Position numbers and translations under genes: made by a program. From NCBI RefSeq assembly GCF_000143415.4, contig NW_003314262.1:1291960-1355959 (forward strand): a stretch of DNA of 64,000 nucleotides, in the 5' to 3' direction. This document shows, one piece after another, positions 36,450 to 49,002 of this stretch. The notes below the pieces were generated by a model. That model saw nothing but the letters and a program-made list of their open reading frames with translations, was not told the DNA's origin and ran no database searches. Source of the DNA: Selaginella moellendorffii (Eukaryota > Plantae > Lycopodiophyta). The first letter of the stretch is position 1, and each line of letters begins with the position of its first letter.

Positions 36450-37526
36450 TCACCGGCCAGTTCTTCTATGGTTTATAACAGTGTCCAAGCACCAATTCGC
36501 ATCAAACTTCTCACCCGTTATGAAAGCTGGATGGTAACGGGCAGAGGAGTAGTGATAGTAAAGCGTGTTGGAAAGAACAGTAGGAAGACACTCAAGATAC
36601 TTCACAAACGTGTGTTTACCTTCAGCTCTTGCCTGAGTGATCAGAATGTTGTGGTAGTATACAAATTCTTGCTCCTTGTCCACGATCATCTTGCAACTCT
36701 TGTCCACTGCACTCTGGACTGTCTCCATCTCCGGATCCGAAAGAAGCAGCAACACTGGAAGGTTCAGCAGTCTGTTGCATGCAAACTCCTTTGCAAACGA
36801 GAGAACATCATTGTGCATAGATATATAGTCAATTCCGGCATCTCGCAGAATTAGATAGTCCTCTGATTCCAGTTCCATGTCCGGAACTGCGACTTCAAGT
36901 GCCATCTCTATGAAGCTGAAGATAGGCTCTAAGAACACATCAAACCTTCTCCATTCGATATACTGCTTGACAGATAGAAACTTGGGCCTGCTTGCCATTC
37001 TGCTGAGTGCATACCTCTCAAACTGTGCTACAAAATGAGCATACACTGGAGGAAGCATGGATGATCTTATCTCAGTAACAAGCTCTTCAGTGGCCCTGTA
37101 AACTCGAACTGGAAGGTGATCGTCCGATGCCTGGATCTTGAAATCAGGATTATGGAGGTGATTAAGGATTGTGGAATAGTAATCTTGAAGAATGCTACTT
37201 TCAACGAAGCCCTCATCAACCAAGTCGTCCATTAATACAGCAAACATGCTATACTTTGAGCAAATGACAGCATTTCTCTTGGATCCAAATGGCACTGCGA
37301 GGGTTGCAAACATTGGGATTTTCCAATCTTCCAAAGCCTTTCTATCAGCGGCTGTCATTTTTGGATCCATGAACTTGTATGCCCATTCATGGGCCTTGTT
37401 GGATGCATAGATGCTATCTGGATGGCAAGGGACTGAAGGAATCGAGCAAGGGATCTTTGGGAGGTGGAAATTCTTGAGGCCTAGCAACTTCTCAATAGCA
37501 TAGATCTTGTCTAGAGCTAAAGCCAT
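36450..37526 (-). CDS. MTPSL: Microbial terpene synthase-like protein (MTPSL), intact, intronless, 358 aa
   Basis: Single alpha-domain class I TPS: DDLVD (DDxxD), WRR effector, NDVLSFAKE (NSE/DTE) and C-terminal RY. Confidence 0.93.
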   Translation of the reverse strand: MALALDKIYAIEKLLGLKNFHLPKIPCSIPSVPCHPDSIYASNKAHEWAYKFMDPKMTAADRKALEDWKIPMFATLAVPFGSKRNAVICSKYSMFAVLMDDLVDEGFVESSILQDYYSTILNHLHNPDFKIQASDDHLPVRVYRATEELVTEIRSSMLPPVYAHFVAQFERYALSRMASRPKFLSVKQYIEWRRFDVFLEPIFSFIEMALEVAVPDMELESEDYLILRDAGIDYISMHNDVLSFAKEFACNRLLNLPVLLLLSDPEMETVQSAVDKSCKMIVDKEQEFVYYHNILITQARAEGKHTFVKYLECLPTVLSNTLYYHYSSARYHPAFITGEKFDANWCLDTVINHRRTGR

Positions 37527-38357
37527 GGAATCAAGCTATCAGACTGAGAGAAAGTGAGAAAGCAAGAAGAGTTTTATATACTGGTCTTTTGCCTCCAGGG
37601 GTGATTGTTAGAAAGAGTTACAATGATGTGGATGTTGTTTAGAAAGTGTTTTCATTCACATAATTTATTAGGAGCCTCTTAGGAATCTTAAGCATGCATG
37701 TGAGCTTGTCACATAAGCTGACTTTGATTTTGGTTTGGTTAAGCAAACTTTCAACGGGACTAGACACCTAAAATATGTTTGAATATTTTAGGATATTTTA
37801 CCATCTAATGGTTGTTATTTATTTAAATTAATTTTATATTTATAATTTATAAACATGTTTATAATTTATAAATTTTCTTAAACCCTTCTAGTATATTTTT
37901 TATTTTATCATCTAATGGTTGATATGCAATAAAATTAATCTTGTAAACATGCTTATAATTATAAATTTTATTTGATCAATTAGATTAGAATAACATTATT
38001 ATTAAGCAAATCAAGCATTGCTACATTTAACACATAGCAATTTATTATGTTTCATGTCCACATGATTATCTTTGTTTCCTAATATTCGTTTACAAACTTT
38101 TACTCTAAAGGTAAAGTTAAACTTGTTTTTAAAATAATTACTTTTTGCCACCTGTTAGGGCTTTACAGAGTATATTCGAGCCCTATGTCCTAAAGAGAGG
38201 AGCGCGAGCTCGCGGCGATGGCAATCGGCGCCAGGAATCCCTACTTGATTTCTTCTCCCCCTCGCTCGGCCGGGTAAGCGAAAGAATTTGCGCCTCTTTC
38301 CTCACAATTCATTCCTCGACCAGGAGCATTCTCTCGTCCAAGCTTTCCTCCACCGCC

Positions 38358-41234
38358 ATGGCTGTTCTTGGCCCTTGGAAACCAGCAAGGAGGAAATCGC
38401 GGCACCGGATTGCCGCCGAGAACAACAATTCTCTCGCTTCTTCCTCCTCTTCCTCCTCGCAGGGATTTCGGATTAACGGCGGCAGTAGCACCGATAGCGA
38501 GAATGCGCTTAGCAGCTGGTGGCAAGAGGCGTTCGCGAGGATCGATTCCAGCGGAGGAACGAGCTTGCTCCAAATGCTGCACGAAGGAGCTCGAGCTTTC
38601 CAGGTATCGGTGGAGAGGAATGAGTCGCTCAGCAAGGGCTCGTGGCTCGTCAAGAAGTGGACAGGGTTTGGCTTCGATACCAAAGCTTGGATGAAGCTCC
38701 TCTCTTACCAGGTATGCTCGAAAGAAGATTTTTTTGCTTTTTCCTCCGACCTTTCGCTTTGTTTCTTTTCGTTAAACTAGCTTTGTTTTGCTTGTAAAAG
38801 GTCTCTGTTTACTCCTTGCTCCAAGCGGCCATGGAGATTGCAATGCGGGGAGATGGAAGGGATAGAGACGTTCACATCTTTGTCCAAAGAAGGTGATGGA
38901 TGTCTCACAGTTTGGTTTTGCTTGATGTTTTTTTTCTCTTGCAGTCTTTCGCACCAGTGTGCTCCGTTAGAAGAATCCATCAAAAAACTTTTATCGTCTC
39001 GGGATCCTTCCGCCGCCTCGGACTGGCTTTGGCAACAGCAGCTCCCGTTCATGGTTGCGAGCTACGTGAACATCCTGGAAAAGGATCCTCACTTCTCGGC
39101 AGTGACATCGACGTAAGTTTTATGTATTCTACTGTGTGTTTCTAAGTCGTTGGTTTGGTTTGTTCTTGGCAGTACAGCTTGTCCTTGCGAGGCTAGTGAT
39201 GTTGCGCTGCTAAGATTGACCATCACTGCCTGTGGCGCAGCGATGAAACTGGGACCGGCAACAGTTTCGTGTGCTGCTTTCACAAGCACTCTGACGGACG
39301 AGATCGGACGACTGATGAACATGCAAACGGAGTTTGTTTCCATCACCGAGGTCTACAGCTTTTCCTGTAACTTGGGACTTCGTCGGGAGTTTCTGTCCTA
39401 CTTTGGCTCCAGAGCTGCCAGCGGTCCCTTGGGTGGTGCAGACGAAAGGGCCTTCTGGGTTGATCTTTCGGAGCAGTTTTTGAGGAACGCTCTTACTCGA
39501 GAAGGGGTGCTAACAAAGCTCAGACCTTACGACACAGCGGAGGTAACTTGTTCATCTTAACAGTTGCTGGTGCTGATGTTTTATGGAAGGCAGGCACTGG
39601 AACGGGATTTGGCGACGTTTGGATTTTTTGCTGCGCTTGGTAGACGAGCCCGTGCTTTCTTGTCCAGAAAGCCGGAGTCACAACTCGATGAGCCTATCGC
39701 GAGCTTGCTCAGGTTTTACGCATTTTGTTGAGTCCATCTCTAAGTTTCATGTGTCCTTGTAGATATCTGGAAGGTGGATGTGTGCTCTTCTATCCACAAC
39801 TTTCGACTTTGACATACTATCAACTTTTTGTTGAGGTTCTCTTTCCGAATTGTTTCTTTCCTTTAGTTTGTCGTACTGAGTCATATTTTTTCATATTTTT
39901 GCATCTTAGGTGGTCTGCGAGGAACTTGAATGGCTTCCATTGCTTCCCGAAGCATCTCTACTCGGGAACAGCGGAGCATCGGACACGGTTGCTATCTACA
40001 CTGTATTAAATGTTTGTTCGCGCTGGGTACCGGATTTTCTGAAATACAGCACCTGGGTTCAAGATCCTTCCGGCTCGAGAGTGGTCGACTATCTCATCAA
40101 ATGGTGATTTTTATCTTCTATAGACTTTCCGCGATCTAACCTACTTTGTGTGCTTTGTGATTAGCCAATCACGATTGATTGAATGCCGTGAAAGATACAA
40201 CATCAGCTTGGATTCCTCAAGGTAAAATTTTCTTTTCTTTCACAAAATTGATAGCCGATGTACACAGAGAATGCGTCGTGGAGGAGGATCGAGGTTTGCT
40301 AACAGCAAGTGGTGTTGTTACTGCACAGAAGCAACTTCAACTACTTGATGAGGCAAGGAGACAAAGAAGAGAACAATTGGGATTGCGTTTTTACTGTTGT
40401 GTTTTCCTTTATAGGATCTGCGAAACATGGAAGAATCGATCTGCAAGCTAGAAAGCTTGCTGCAGAGCTCGCAAAGTGGCAGCAGGGCTGACAAGCTCGA
40501 AGCTCTCGGGAAGGATTTGGAACGACTGCGGCGGCTGAAAAAGGAAGCTGAAGCTCTCGAGGCGTCTTTCAAAGCAAAAACAGACGTCGGGGTATGCTGG
40601 AAATTCTCGTACTTTGCAGGAAACTCATTTTCATTCACAGGGCTGCTTGGATGACGGCAGCATCGCTCCGGAGCTAAGCGAGAACGCAAAAACTTACAAC
40701 GACGTCTTCAACAAATCCATCGAGAAGCTGAGGGAGGCGAGCTCGGATCTGTGGAGAGGCACGCAGCTGCTTAGCACAGACGTCGCGTCGGCGACTATTC
40801 TCTTGAAAAACGGCGCTCTCGGACAGCAACTGACCGAGCGAGAAAAGAAGATGCTGATGCGGACCTTCACGGATCTCGCCTCGGTGATACCAATCGGATT
40901 TCTCATGCTGCTACCTGTGAGTAAAAAGAGCTAGTTTTGCGTGATACGTTGATCGATTGAAAAACTTACTTTGATTCGTATCAGGTGACCGCGGTTGGCC
41001 ACGCTGCAATGCTGGCCGCGATCCAAAAATACGTTCCAGCTCTGGTAAACTCTCGAGCTCTATCCAAGTTTTTACTCTCCCAAGTTACTGATTCTTTTTA
41101 TCGTTTTCTAGATACCGTCCGCTTACGCGCCGGAGCGCCTGGATTTGCTGAGACAGCTCGAAAGAGTCAAGCAACTTGAGGCTCAGTCGCAACAGCAAGC
41201 AGACAAGCGCGAGAAATCCGACTCGACTGACTGA
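38358..41234 (+). CDS. LETM1-like plastid protein, multi-exon
   Basis: Transit-peptide-like N-terminus, C-terminal DLWRGTQLL..D, RTFTDLASVIPIGFLMLLPVTAVGHAAMLAAIQKYVPALIPSAYAPERL. Confidence 0.85.
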
Positions 41235-41341
41235 CCAACAGCGAAATCCGTGAGAAGAAGATGAAAAGCCTTTTTTTTAGTTCTCGAGATTCAGTCAAAA
41301 CAAAAGGCGAGAAGCAAAAAAAAACTCGGGACGACAAGTTT

Positions 41342-42031
41342 CTACTCGCCCTTCTTGGAGATCACGTCCTGGATCATGTCGGCGGCGTCCTGGACAGTGA
41401 CGATCTTCTCGGCACCCTCTTCGCCCAGGCTGATCTTGAAGGCCTCCTCCAGGTTCATCATGATCTCAACCTGTGTATCGATCAAGAACGGAAATAAAAG
41501 CTGGATGAGAATGGTGCTCGAAAGAATCAAAGAGAAGTTCTTCCAAGTTGGGAACTTCTCGAGAACCTGGAAGGAGAACTTACAGTGTCGAGCGAATCGG
41601 CCCCAAGATCCGTGAACTTGGAAGTGGGACTCACTTTGTCCTCTTCCACGGACAGCTGGCAAGCTATAACCTTTTGCACAGTAGCCAGAGTCTCAGGCTT
41701 GGCCTGGGAAGAACACGTAGAAAACACGAGAGAGAGAAAAATGGCAGCGTTAAAAGCCCAAATAATCCATGAATTCGATCGAGAGAGAAGGGAAGAGCTT
41801 GCTCACCGCGAGGCAGGAGACCTGGAGGCGCCGAAGAGAGCTCGTGGAGAGCACCACGGTCCGGGCCTTGAATCCCAGCGCAGTGCATGGTCTCAAATCC
41901 GCGCCGAGCGCCTGCGAAATCCAAAATCCACGGTGTAAGGCGATAGATCTCGGCGGCGCTGCATGAAATTTCACCTGGGCAGGGCAGAAGCTGGAGATTG
42001 CTGCGGCGGCGGCGGCGGAGGTAGCGGCCAT
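41342..42031 (-). CDS. ACP: Plastid acyl carrier protein
   Basis: Transit peptide, AKPETL, phosphopantetheine site [27 protein letters not shown]. Confidence 0.95.
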
Positions 42032-42608
42032 GGGATTGACGAGGATTTGCGACGATCTAAGGAGGCGCGCGATTATGAGAGAGTGAGTGACCATGCAAAC
42101 CAAGATCGCGCGTCTCACCTGGAGATGTAGATTTGCCCGAGGTCCTCCCGCGGGAGAGGCGAGAGAGAGAGAGAGAGGAGAGAGAGAAGAGAGGATGCGC
42201 TGCGCTGCTTGTGAAAACCCTGGGAGACGTCCGCCTTAAAACCCTCCTCCTTGCCGTTAATTTCTACGGCGGAGGATGCTCCAGCGCAAAATTAAGTTAA
42301 ATTTCTTACTGTTAACTGATATGAGTTTGATAGTACTTTTTGTCCTAAAAGGTAGTCAGCCCTAATTTCTGGTTGTTGACAGCATTGGAATCTAAAGCAA
42401 AGGTCCTACTCACACACTCTACACCGCTAGCAAGATCACTCAGATCTTTGCTTTGAGCAAGGCGACGAGAAAGAAACCTGCTTTCTCTTCTCAAAGCCTC
42501 CACTCTTCTCCCTCCCAAGCATTCCCAACTGGAAGAGGCTCGTCTCCTCCACACCATGAGGATCCATTCTGGCAGCTGTGGTGATAGCAGGAGAGAAAAA
42601 TAAACAAG

Positions 42609-42690
42609 CGTGAACGGCAGGATTCGAACCTGCGCGGGCAGTGCCCACATGATTTCGAGTCATGCCCGATAACCACTCTGGCACGTTCAC
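42609..42690 (-). tRNA. tRNA-Ser (anticodon CGA), second copy
   Basis: Reverse complement differs from 24436-24517 at two positions (one disrupts a D-stem pair, one is in the variable loop). Upstream flank also homologous. Confidence 0.9.
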
Positions 42691-43382
42691 ATTTCTGGGT
42701 ATAGCTAGCAGCTGATAAAAAGTTCCATGGATTTGCTTGGGGACAAAAAAGATACGCTCATATCAGGGATAAAAAGTCCACAAGATAGATAAATAAATGT
42801 TTGTAAAAGTCATGGGGACCCGCAGGGCATCAAACCTATATACATAGTTTCGTGGTTTGAGTATTTATAAATACAAGTAAATACATGATAAAAATAAAAA
42901 GATTCATGTCAGAGTGGTTATTTCATGTGGGCTTTGTCTAAACTACAAGATAGCAATGTGGATTTAGTATTCTTTTGACCATTGTTTCGTGGACTGCTGC
43001 TGTTAACCAACTTGTATAATCATGGATCGGAAGCAAAGTCCTGGGCACAGCTTGAAAGAGTTTCTTTTCTTGCGGTCAATGGAATTTGAGATGGTGTACA
43101 TTTGGATAGCTTGGATTGAGGGTGTAGACTTCACTCTACTAAAAGTATTTGCTGAATTGTCACCAGCTCTTCACAATTGGGGCTGATCATCACTGAAAGG
43201 AGGAAAAGGAGCTTACAGTTATTGTTTCTGTTCTTGTATGTACCTATACTTTGGAATACAAGTTGGGTCATTATAGCTTAGAAGGTAGACAAAGACAAAA
43301 TCTTTGACTAAAATGAGGAAGTCAAGAAGAGAAATAAGCTCCTTAGACGTGGATTTCTGCCTCGAGTTTAACAGAGCAGAGA

Positions 43383-43512
43383 TAATACGATGGAACATGT
43401 TGATCTCGCGAAAAAAAATCGGTCTTCGCTTTCTTCAAGTTAGGCTGATATGTTGGATGTGGAGGGCGTCAAACTGAGCAACGTGACTTTTTTTGCCATT
43501 CTTGACGCATCT
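43383..43512 (+). pseudogene. PPR-repeat fragment
   Basis: IIRWNMLIS ... MLDVEGVKLSNVTFFAILDAS resembles PLS-class PPR motifs (WNAMI...MDLEGVKPN.VTF..ILDAC). Confidence 0.5.
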
Positions 43513-43560
43513 GGATTGGCTGCGGCCCAGTCCACAAGTATCCTTTAAGTTGTTTGCTCA

Positions 43561-45721
43561 TCACCTTGCTGCATATGGCAGAAACTCAAATAAAAAATAA
43601 AAAATAAAATTTACCTTGATCTTGCTGCTGCTTCTCATGGGCAGGGCAGCAAAAGTACGGCTCCATAGCTCCCCTCTTGACCCGCTTGCATCTGTTCGTA
43701 TTGACAAACCCAGAACACCGAACAGATTTCTCAAGAGGTAGCTCCTCACCCTCAAGTGCTGTTGCATAAGTCAGAAATATAAACACATCAAAAATGAAAG
43801 AAGAAAGTTCACCTGGATATTGCTGCTGCTTCTCATGAGCAGGACAGCAGAAGTACGGCTCCTCAGCTCCCCGCTTCAAGTGCTTGCATCTGTTCATATT
43901 GACAAACCCAGAACACTGAACTGCTTTCTCAACAGCTAGTTCCTCAGGCTCAGGAAGCCTCAATTGATCAACAAATGCCAACGTTCCATCAAGTTCTGCA
44001 AAGCTGCGGAAACTCACATTTGCTGCAGCAACAATGAATGAAGTTAGCACGGATAAACACCTTTAGATAGAAAATAGCTTACCGCCCGCTAAGTCTGTAT
44101 CCTGGTGACAAACATTTGGCAAAATGTAGGCATAAGACACGCTGAAATCTACCAACAATTCCTTTAACGCCAAGCACTGAGGAAGGATCTCTTTCCATGC
44201 AATATGGCTCTGGCGTGCTAGCTTTCGTTTGGTTGATGACACTGAGATCTGTACTCCCTCCACTACCAGCACGTATTGCTCGCCACCTTTTTCCACCTGT
44301 AGCCACACTAAATCAACGGCCTTTTCGTTGAAGTGTCGGGGGCAAAACAGAACCCCAGAGAGCAGCTCCGTCATAGTAGTAGCCACCAAAACTTCCAACT
44401 CATGCCCAGTGTCATACTCCTTCCAACAGGAGAAGAAGCGGCCGAGTATGCTTCCCTTTGCCTTCACTACATTCACCACCAAAGCCTCCACATTCCAGCC
44501 AAGCCTTGCAGAATTGCGGGCTGAGAGAACGGCCGCATTTTTCCGAACGTCAAATGCCCATATAGCTCGTGCATCAGGTAACCTAGACAAAGCTTTGGAC
44601 GTATTCATAACTTCAGCTGCCAGCAAGTCCGCCAAGTATCTGGAAATGAGCTTCACTGTAATCTCCTTCGAAACGTCAATGTAAGCGCATGACCACGGGA
44701 CAGCCTCGAGCTCAGCAGGGGCAATTGCTCCCTCGGTAGCAATCCTCATGGCTAGCTCAAGCTGGGGTGCTTCCTCCAGTCCACCAACGTACCTTATTAT
44801 ATCCCTGGTGTAAGATTCGATAAGCACGTCAAACGCAGCTGTTTGATTGGCCTGGACATACAGCTGAAGCATCCGTGGAGTGAGCCCTGTGTGGTACACC
44901 ATTGCCTGTGTGGTGCCGACCCTGAACGGAGACTTTGCCAGCCAAGTCTTGAACTCCTCCGCAGTGAAGGGCCCATTGAACTCCATCCGCAAAGGCTTCT
45001 TGTCTGTTAGGTGATATTCCATGGCGAATTCATATGTTGCCGAAGCCACTTTGATTAGGATATGGAAGTAGCTTGCATTCTCGAGTGCACACTTGGATTC
45101 TATAACATTCGGATAAACAGCGTATTTCTCTCGCTTCGTATCTAAGCAATTCCACTCGTCTACCACAAACATCAGCTTGTGCTTTGAATACTCAAAAATG
45201 CCTATTAACTCTAGAAGCGAGTTTGCAGACAGCACCAATTTTTGGGTTGATTCATCATCCGCAAACGCGAGGAGGAGCGCCTCCTTCAAGACCGTTACAG
45301 GGTTTAGAGCGAACTGGTGTCCAACAATGTAGACAAGTCGTCGACCACCAGGCCTCCGGACAAGCATGTGTCCAGCGATAGCAGCCGCGAGAACCGTCTT
45401 GCCCGACCCCGATACTCCCGTGAAGAGCAGATTGCTGCGTGGTCGTAGCGACACAAAACGATTGTACACCTCTTTGGCCCTTTCACGGCCCAGGTAAGAG
45501 AACGAGTCCCCAGGACACCCCAGAGGCGAGCGGACAGACGGCCAAGGCAGCTCCAGAAACAGGCTAGGGTCGCTCAAATCTTCCACTTCTAGTGTCTGGA
45601 AGCATTCCGTCAGACGTGTATAGGCCGCAGCTACCTCCTTCAATAGATGCCCTCGATCCATGGCCCTAAACCTAAAGTGCAGATACCGTTTATACTGTTC
45701 TGCCGTGAGAGGTAACTGCAC
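43561..45721 (-). CDS. Crinkler-like P-loop NTPase + PD-(D/E)xK-type nuclease + two C-terminal Cys/His zinc-finger repeats (5' end damaged)
   Basis: 552-codon open exon with Walker A GVSGSGKT, Walker B MFVVDEWN, then GWNVE...P.HFNEKAVD...GVQISVS. Spliced 3' exons each carry CSGFVNxNRCKxxKRGAxEPYFCCPAH. Two in-frame TGA codons lie upstream; first ATG at 45661. Confidence 0.7.
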
Positions 45722-45894
45722 TGCAAATGCCGTGACCCGGTTTCAAGGAATCTTTCTGTGACGACGAGCATGTTGTCAAAGACGTTGGATCTCGGCCTGA
45801 CCAAACGCAGCAGTAGCTCCAGCACCCAACTCCAAAGTCACTGGATTGTGCACTTGATGGCTGCTGCTCCCCTGAAGAGGATGTTGGACATAAT

Positions 45895-47440
45895 TTCTAG
45901 CTAAAATATGCTACGAATAAACCAGTTTTCTCAATTGAATGGATTATCAACCCACATTTTTTAATCAGGGACCAATCTGCCACTTTTCTCATGCAACCAA
46001 AATTCTCTATAATGGTGTCACAGCATAATCATTTTGTGAGTGAGCAAGTGTGTGGGTGGAGACTCTGTTGGATGATGATTAAGACCTGGCAATTGCACTT
46101 CAGAATAGCCATGGAACCCTCACAGTGTCTTTGTGGCTCCGCAAACTTAACAGAGCGAGGGAAGTCGCTCCTACTAAGTAAGCCACATGAAATAACTCAT
46201 CTTTGCCTACCACCGGCTTTTCCAGATCTTGTTAATGCACTGCGGGAAGTATAGGGAGTGGATCCACTAGGCTCTCGCCTGCCTGATGAATGTAGATTGG
46301 GTTGGGCTTCTAGATGAGGTTTCGGCACAGTTTTGTCTCATATTGAAAGAACTCCTTGCATCTATTCCCCTTCCATTGTCATTCTATTGGATCCCATTTA
46401 AGCTTGGAAGAAAGAGCAAGATCAAACATTGAACAGGCCACAAGCTCGTTATTCAAGGAACTACAAGAAAAGGATCAATGATCATCCCTTTGGTGTTGGA
46501 GATTTTGTCAGGTGTCCTAGGAAGGAAGTGTTCTTCACGGTACGATGGGCCTTATTTGGTGATAGATCAAACAACTCAAGCTAAGATGACAATTTTGGCT
46601 CAGCAAACAGAGAATGCAATGCCACAGAGTTACTATTCTCTATTATATATATATTATTCTCTATATTCTCTAATTTAATATTCAACAGCAATGTTAGAAG
46701 TCCTGGAGAGCATTCAATCAGACCCATGTTTTCTCACTCTCCTTCGAGTACACAACGTTTGTATGCTATGTATGGGACATTGGTCTAGGAATTGTGTGAG
46801 GACACGCAAAGTTTAAACGGGGGAGTGACCGCTACATATATAGCGGGCTAAGGTGTCCCGTTCGAATAGGTCCCGGTTTTGGTGGAGGTGAGGGGCAGGC
46901 ACACTAGACATTGATGCTGTGCCTGTCCTTCATTCAATGGACCATGCTAGAGGTGCTGGACGAAAAACCCAGGGACCTGTTGGGAGCATGACGAGAGTCA
47001 TCATGGCTCATGGCATCGATGCTTTCAGTGCAATGCTAGAGGCTTGGCTGGAAAGTGATGCAAATCGAGGAAAAAGTCTGATTTGTGAGGCATAGTAACT
47101 GAGCTGGACAAAAGAGCTGCTTACTTCTCTGTTTGAACACCCCGTGCGTGAGAGGAAACTGACTGTGGCTGGTGCTGTGGCAGGCTAGCATTTTCTCCTT
47201 GAGACATGGCAAGTAATGAGGCAAATGGGGCTCAGGACGAAGTGAGGAATGAGGGAGAGAAGCTCCAAGGGATGCAGGTTGTAAGCTCTTTGCCTCCAGG
47301 CCTGTCCGAATAGCAGATTACAGCGATAGTCTCTACTCTCCTCAAGAGATAGTAAGGGACATCACAGATAGCAGATGCCTTGGTCATGAGAAGAAAACTA
47401 AGTGTCTCCTTCAGCCATTATCTCGGATGATAATTACAAG
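45895..47440 (+). mobile_element. Degenerate Ty3/gypsy retrotransposon 3' part (integrase C-terminus, PPT, probable LTR)
   Basis: HPFGVGDFV ... RYDGPYLV (GPY/F motif), polypurine tract GGGGGAG at about 46819 followed by TG. Boundaries approximate. Confidence 0.55.
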
Positions 47441-47624
47441 GCAGTAAAAATTGCGAAACATGCTTTTTATCGTGGTTTTCCTGAATATTACAAGGTGGTC
47501 AAATTAGGTTGACGGCCCCTCGACCCGTTGGCCGTGAGCTCGGTGGAGTTCGCAACGAGCTTGCAGCTGTACAGCTCCAATGCAGCCGCGAAGGAAAGCC
47601 TCCGAGCTTCGTTATGCTTCATCA

Positions 47625-48896
47625 CTCGTTGTCACAAGCGAGAGAACTTCATATGTTTCCTTGGTTGTCCGCACTCGACGTTGTTTGTAAGGTGGTAGAA
47701 CATATACCAATATTACATTACTTACTCCATGGCCATGCTTTCCCTTGCCAGACGATCCACTACTCCTCGATAAATTCCCTGCCTACAAGAGAAATAGTAT
47801 CATAAAGAAGGAAGAAAGAAAGAAAAACTTACATGCTTTGCGATCAGCCTGCTAAAAGAACCGTCCAGGGCATTCCTGAAAGAGAAAACCTCAGGAAAAC
47901 AAAAAGTTGTCCAAATTTCTCACTTGTGCAATCCTTGCGGCACTAGCAGAATAACTTGGGTATAGTTTATAGCTTGTGTTACATTACATTTATTGATTGC
48001 TTGTGGCTTGCCTGGATTTTTTGAAGGAGAGATCACTGGAGGCCAAATTTCCTTAATGGCAATGGGATCAAGAGGCTCTAGGGACTCAGATGTTGAAGTG
48101 GAGAACACTTATTAACAATCAAAATTTACAATAAATAGAAATAAAATATATCTTCCTTGTCCACGATGATTGTGTCCAGGTCCTTGACATCTAGGCCCTT
48201 GTAGTTGACAACAAATTCCTGTTTCAAGCAACTGGCCAATCTACACACCTCGTTCTTGCTTGCAAAGATGACACTAAACGCACCTCCACCAGCGACCAGA
48301 GCCTCATCTCCCTTGATTGCCACCAATGTAGTTGTCAAGAAAGGCCCCCACAGGTGATACTGGAAAACAGTAACTTCATGTTGGTATCAAGTTTGTCTAT
48401 GTCGCCCACCTTTCCAGAGAAAATTTCTATGGGCCTCTTGCGATTCACCGAGGACTCGTCATCTTCCCATCTGCTTGAGAAAGGACCATCCGGATCGTCT
48501 TTCTTAGAGCCTTCCTCATGACGATGGAAATCTCATGGTTCTAAAGGGACGAGCCACGACATGAAATAAGAAATAACTCGACTTGCATTTGTTAAGCCAT
48601 CTCGATCGCTTCCTTGCAAAAGCCGTAGCTCTTCAAGGATTCCTCCAAGAGCTTTCCAAGTCTGTAGCAATTCTCCTCCATGAAAGGAATGGTTTCTCCG
48701 AAAAGCTAGAAATTAAACTTGGATCTCTAGTGTTAGCTCACCTCTGTGAACAGTCCACTGTGCGTCGGGCATGCGAACGATGGTTATCGCTTCCCGTTCG
48801 CCTAATTCACAACTTTTGATCTTGTGCTGAAAAGTAAGAAGTCAGGCCATACGTTCACCGGCGCACTCCAAGTGATCCCTGCATACTAAATTCCTC
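47625..48896 (-). pseudogene. Degraded inverted copy of the PP2C-fold gene at 54778-55975
   Basis: Reverse complement matches 54806-56068 across exons and introns, with deletions and an extra segment at about 47975-48140. Confidence 0.85.
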
Positions 48897-49002
48897 AACA
48901 CCTAAAACGAATATTCACAGAAAACGTACGGACAAATTTTACTTTCCATTTAAAATAAAGTTAATAAGAGTTATTTTGCAAAAAAAACTTTAAGACCGAA
49001 CT

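Noticed and set aside
37780-38140. AT-rich block (also 60170-60750)
   Set aside because: No clear TIRs or TSDs seen; consistent with intergenic or promoter DNA, or an old MITE.
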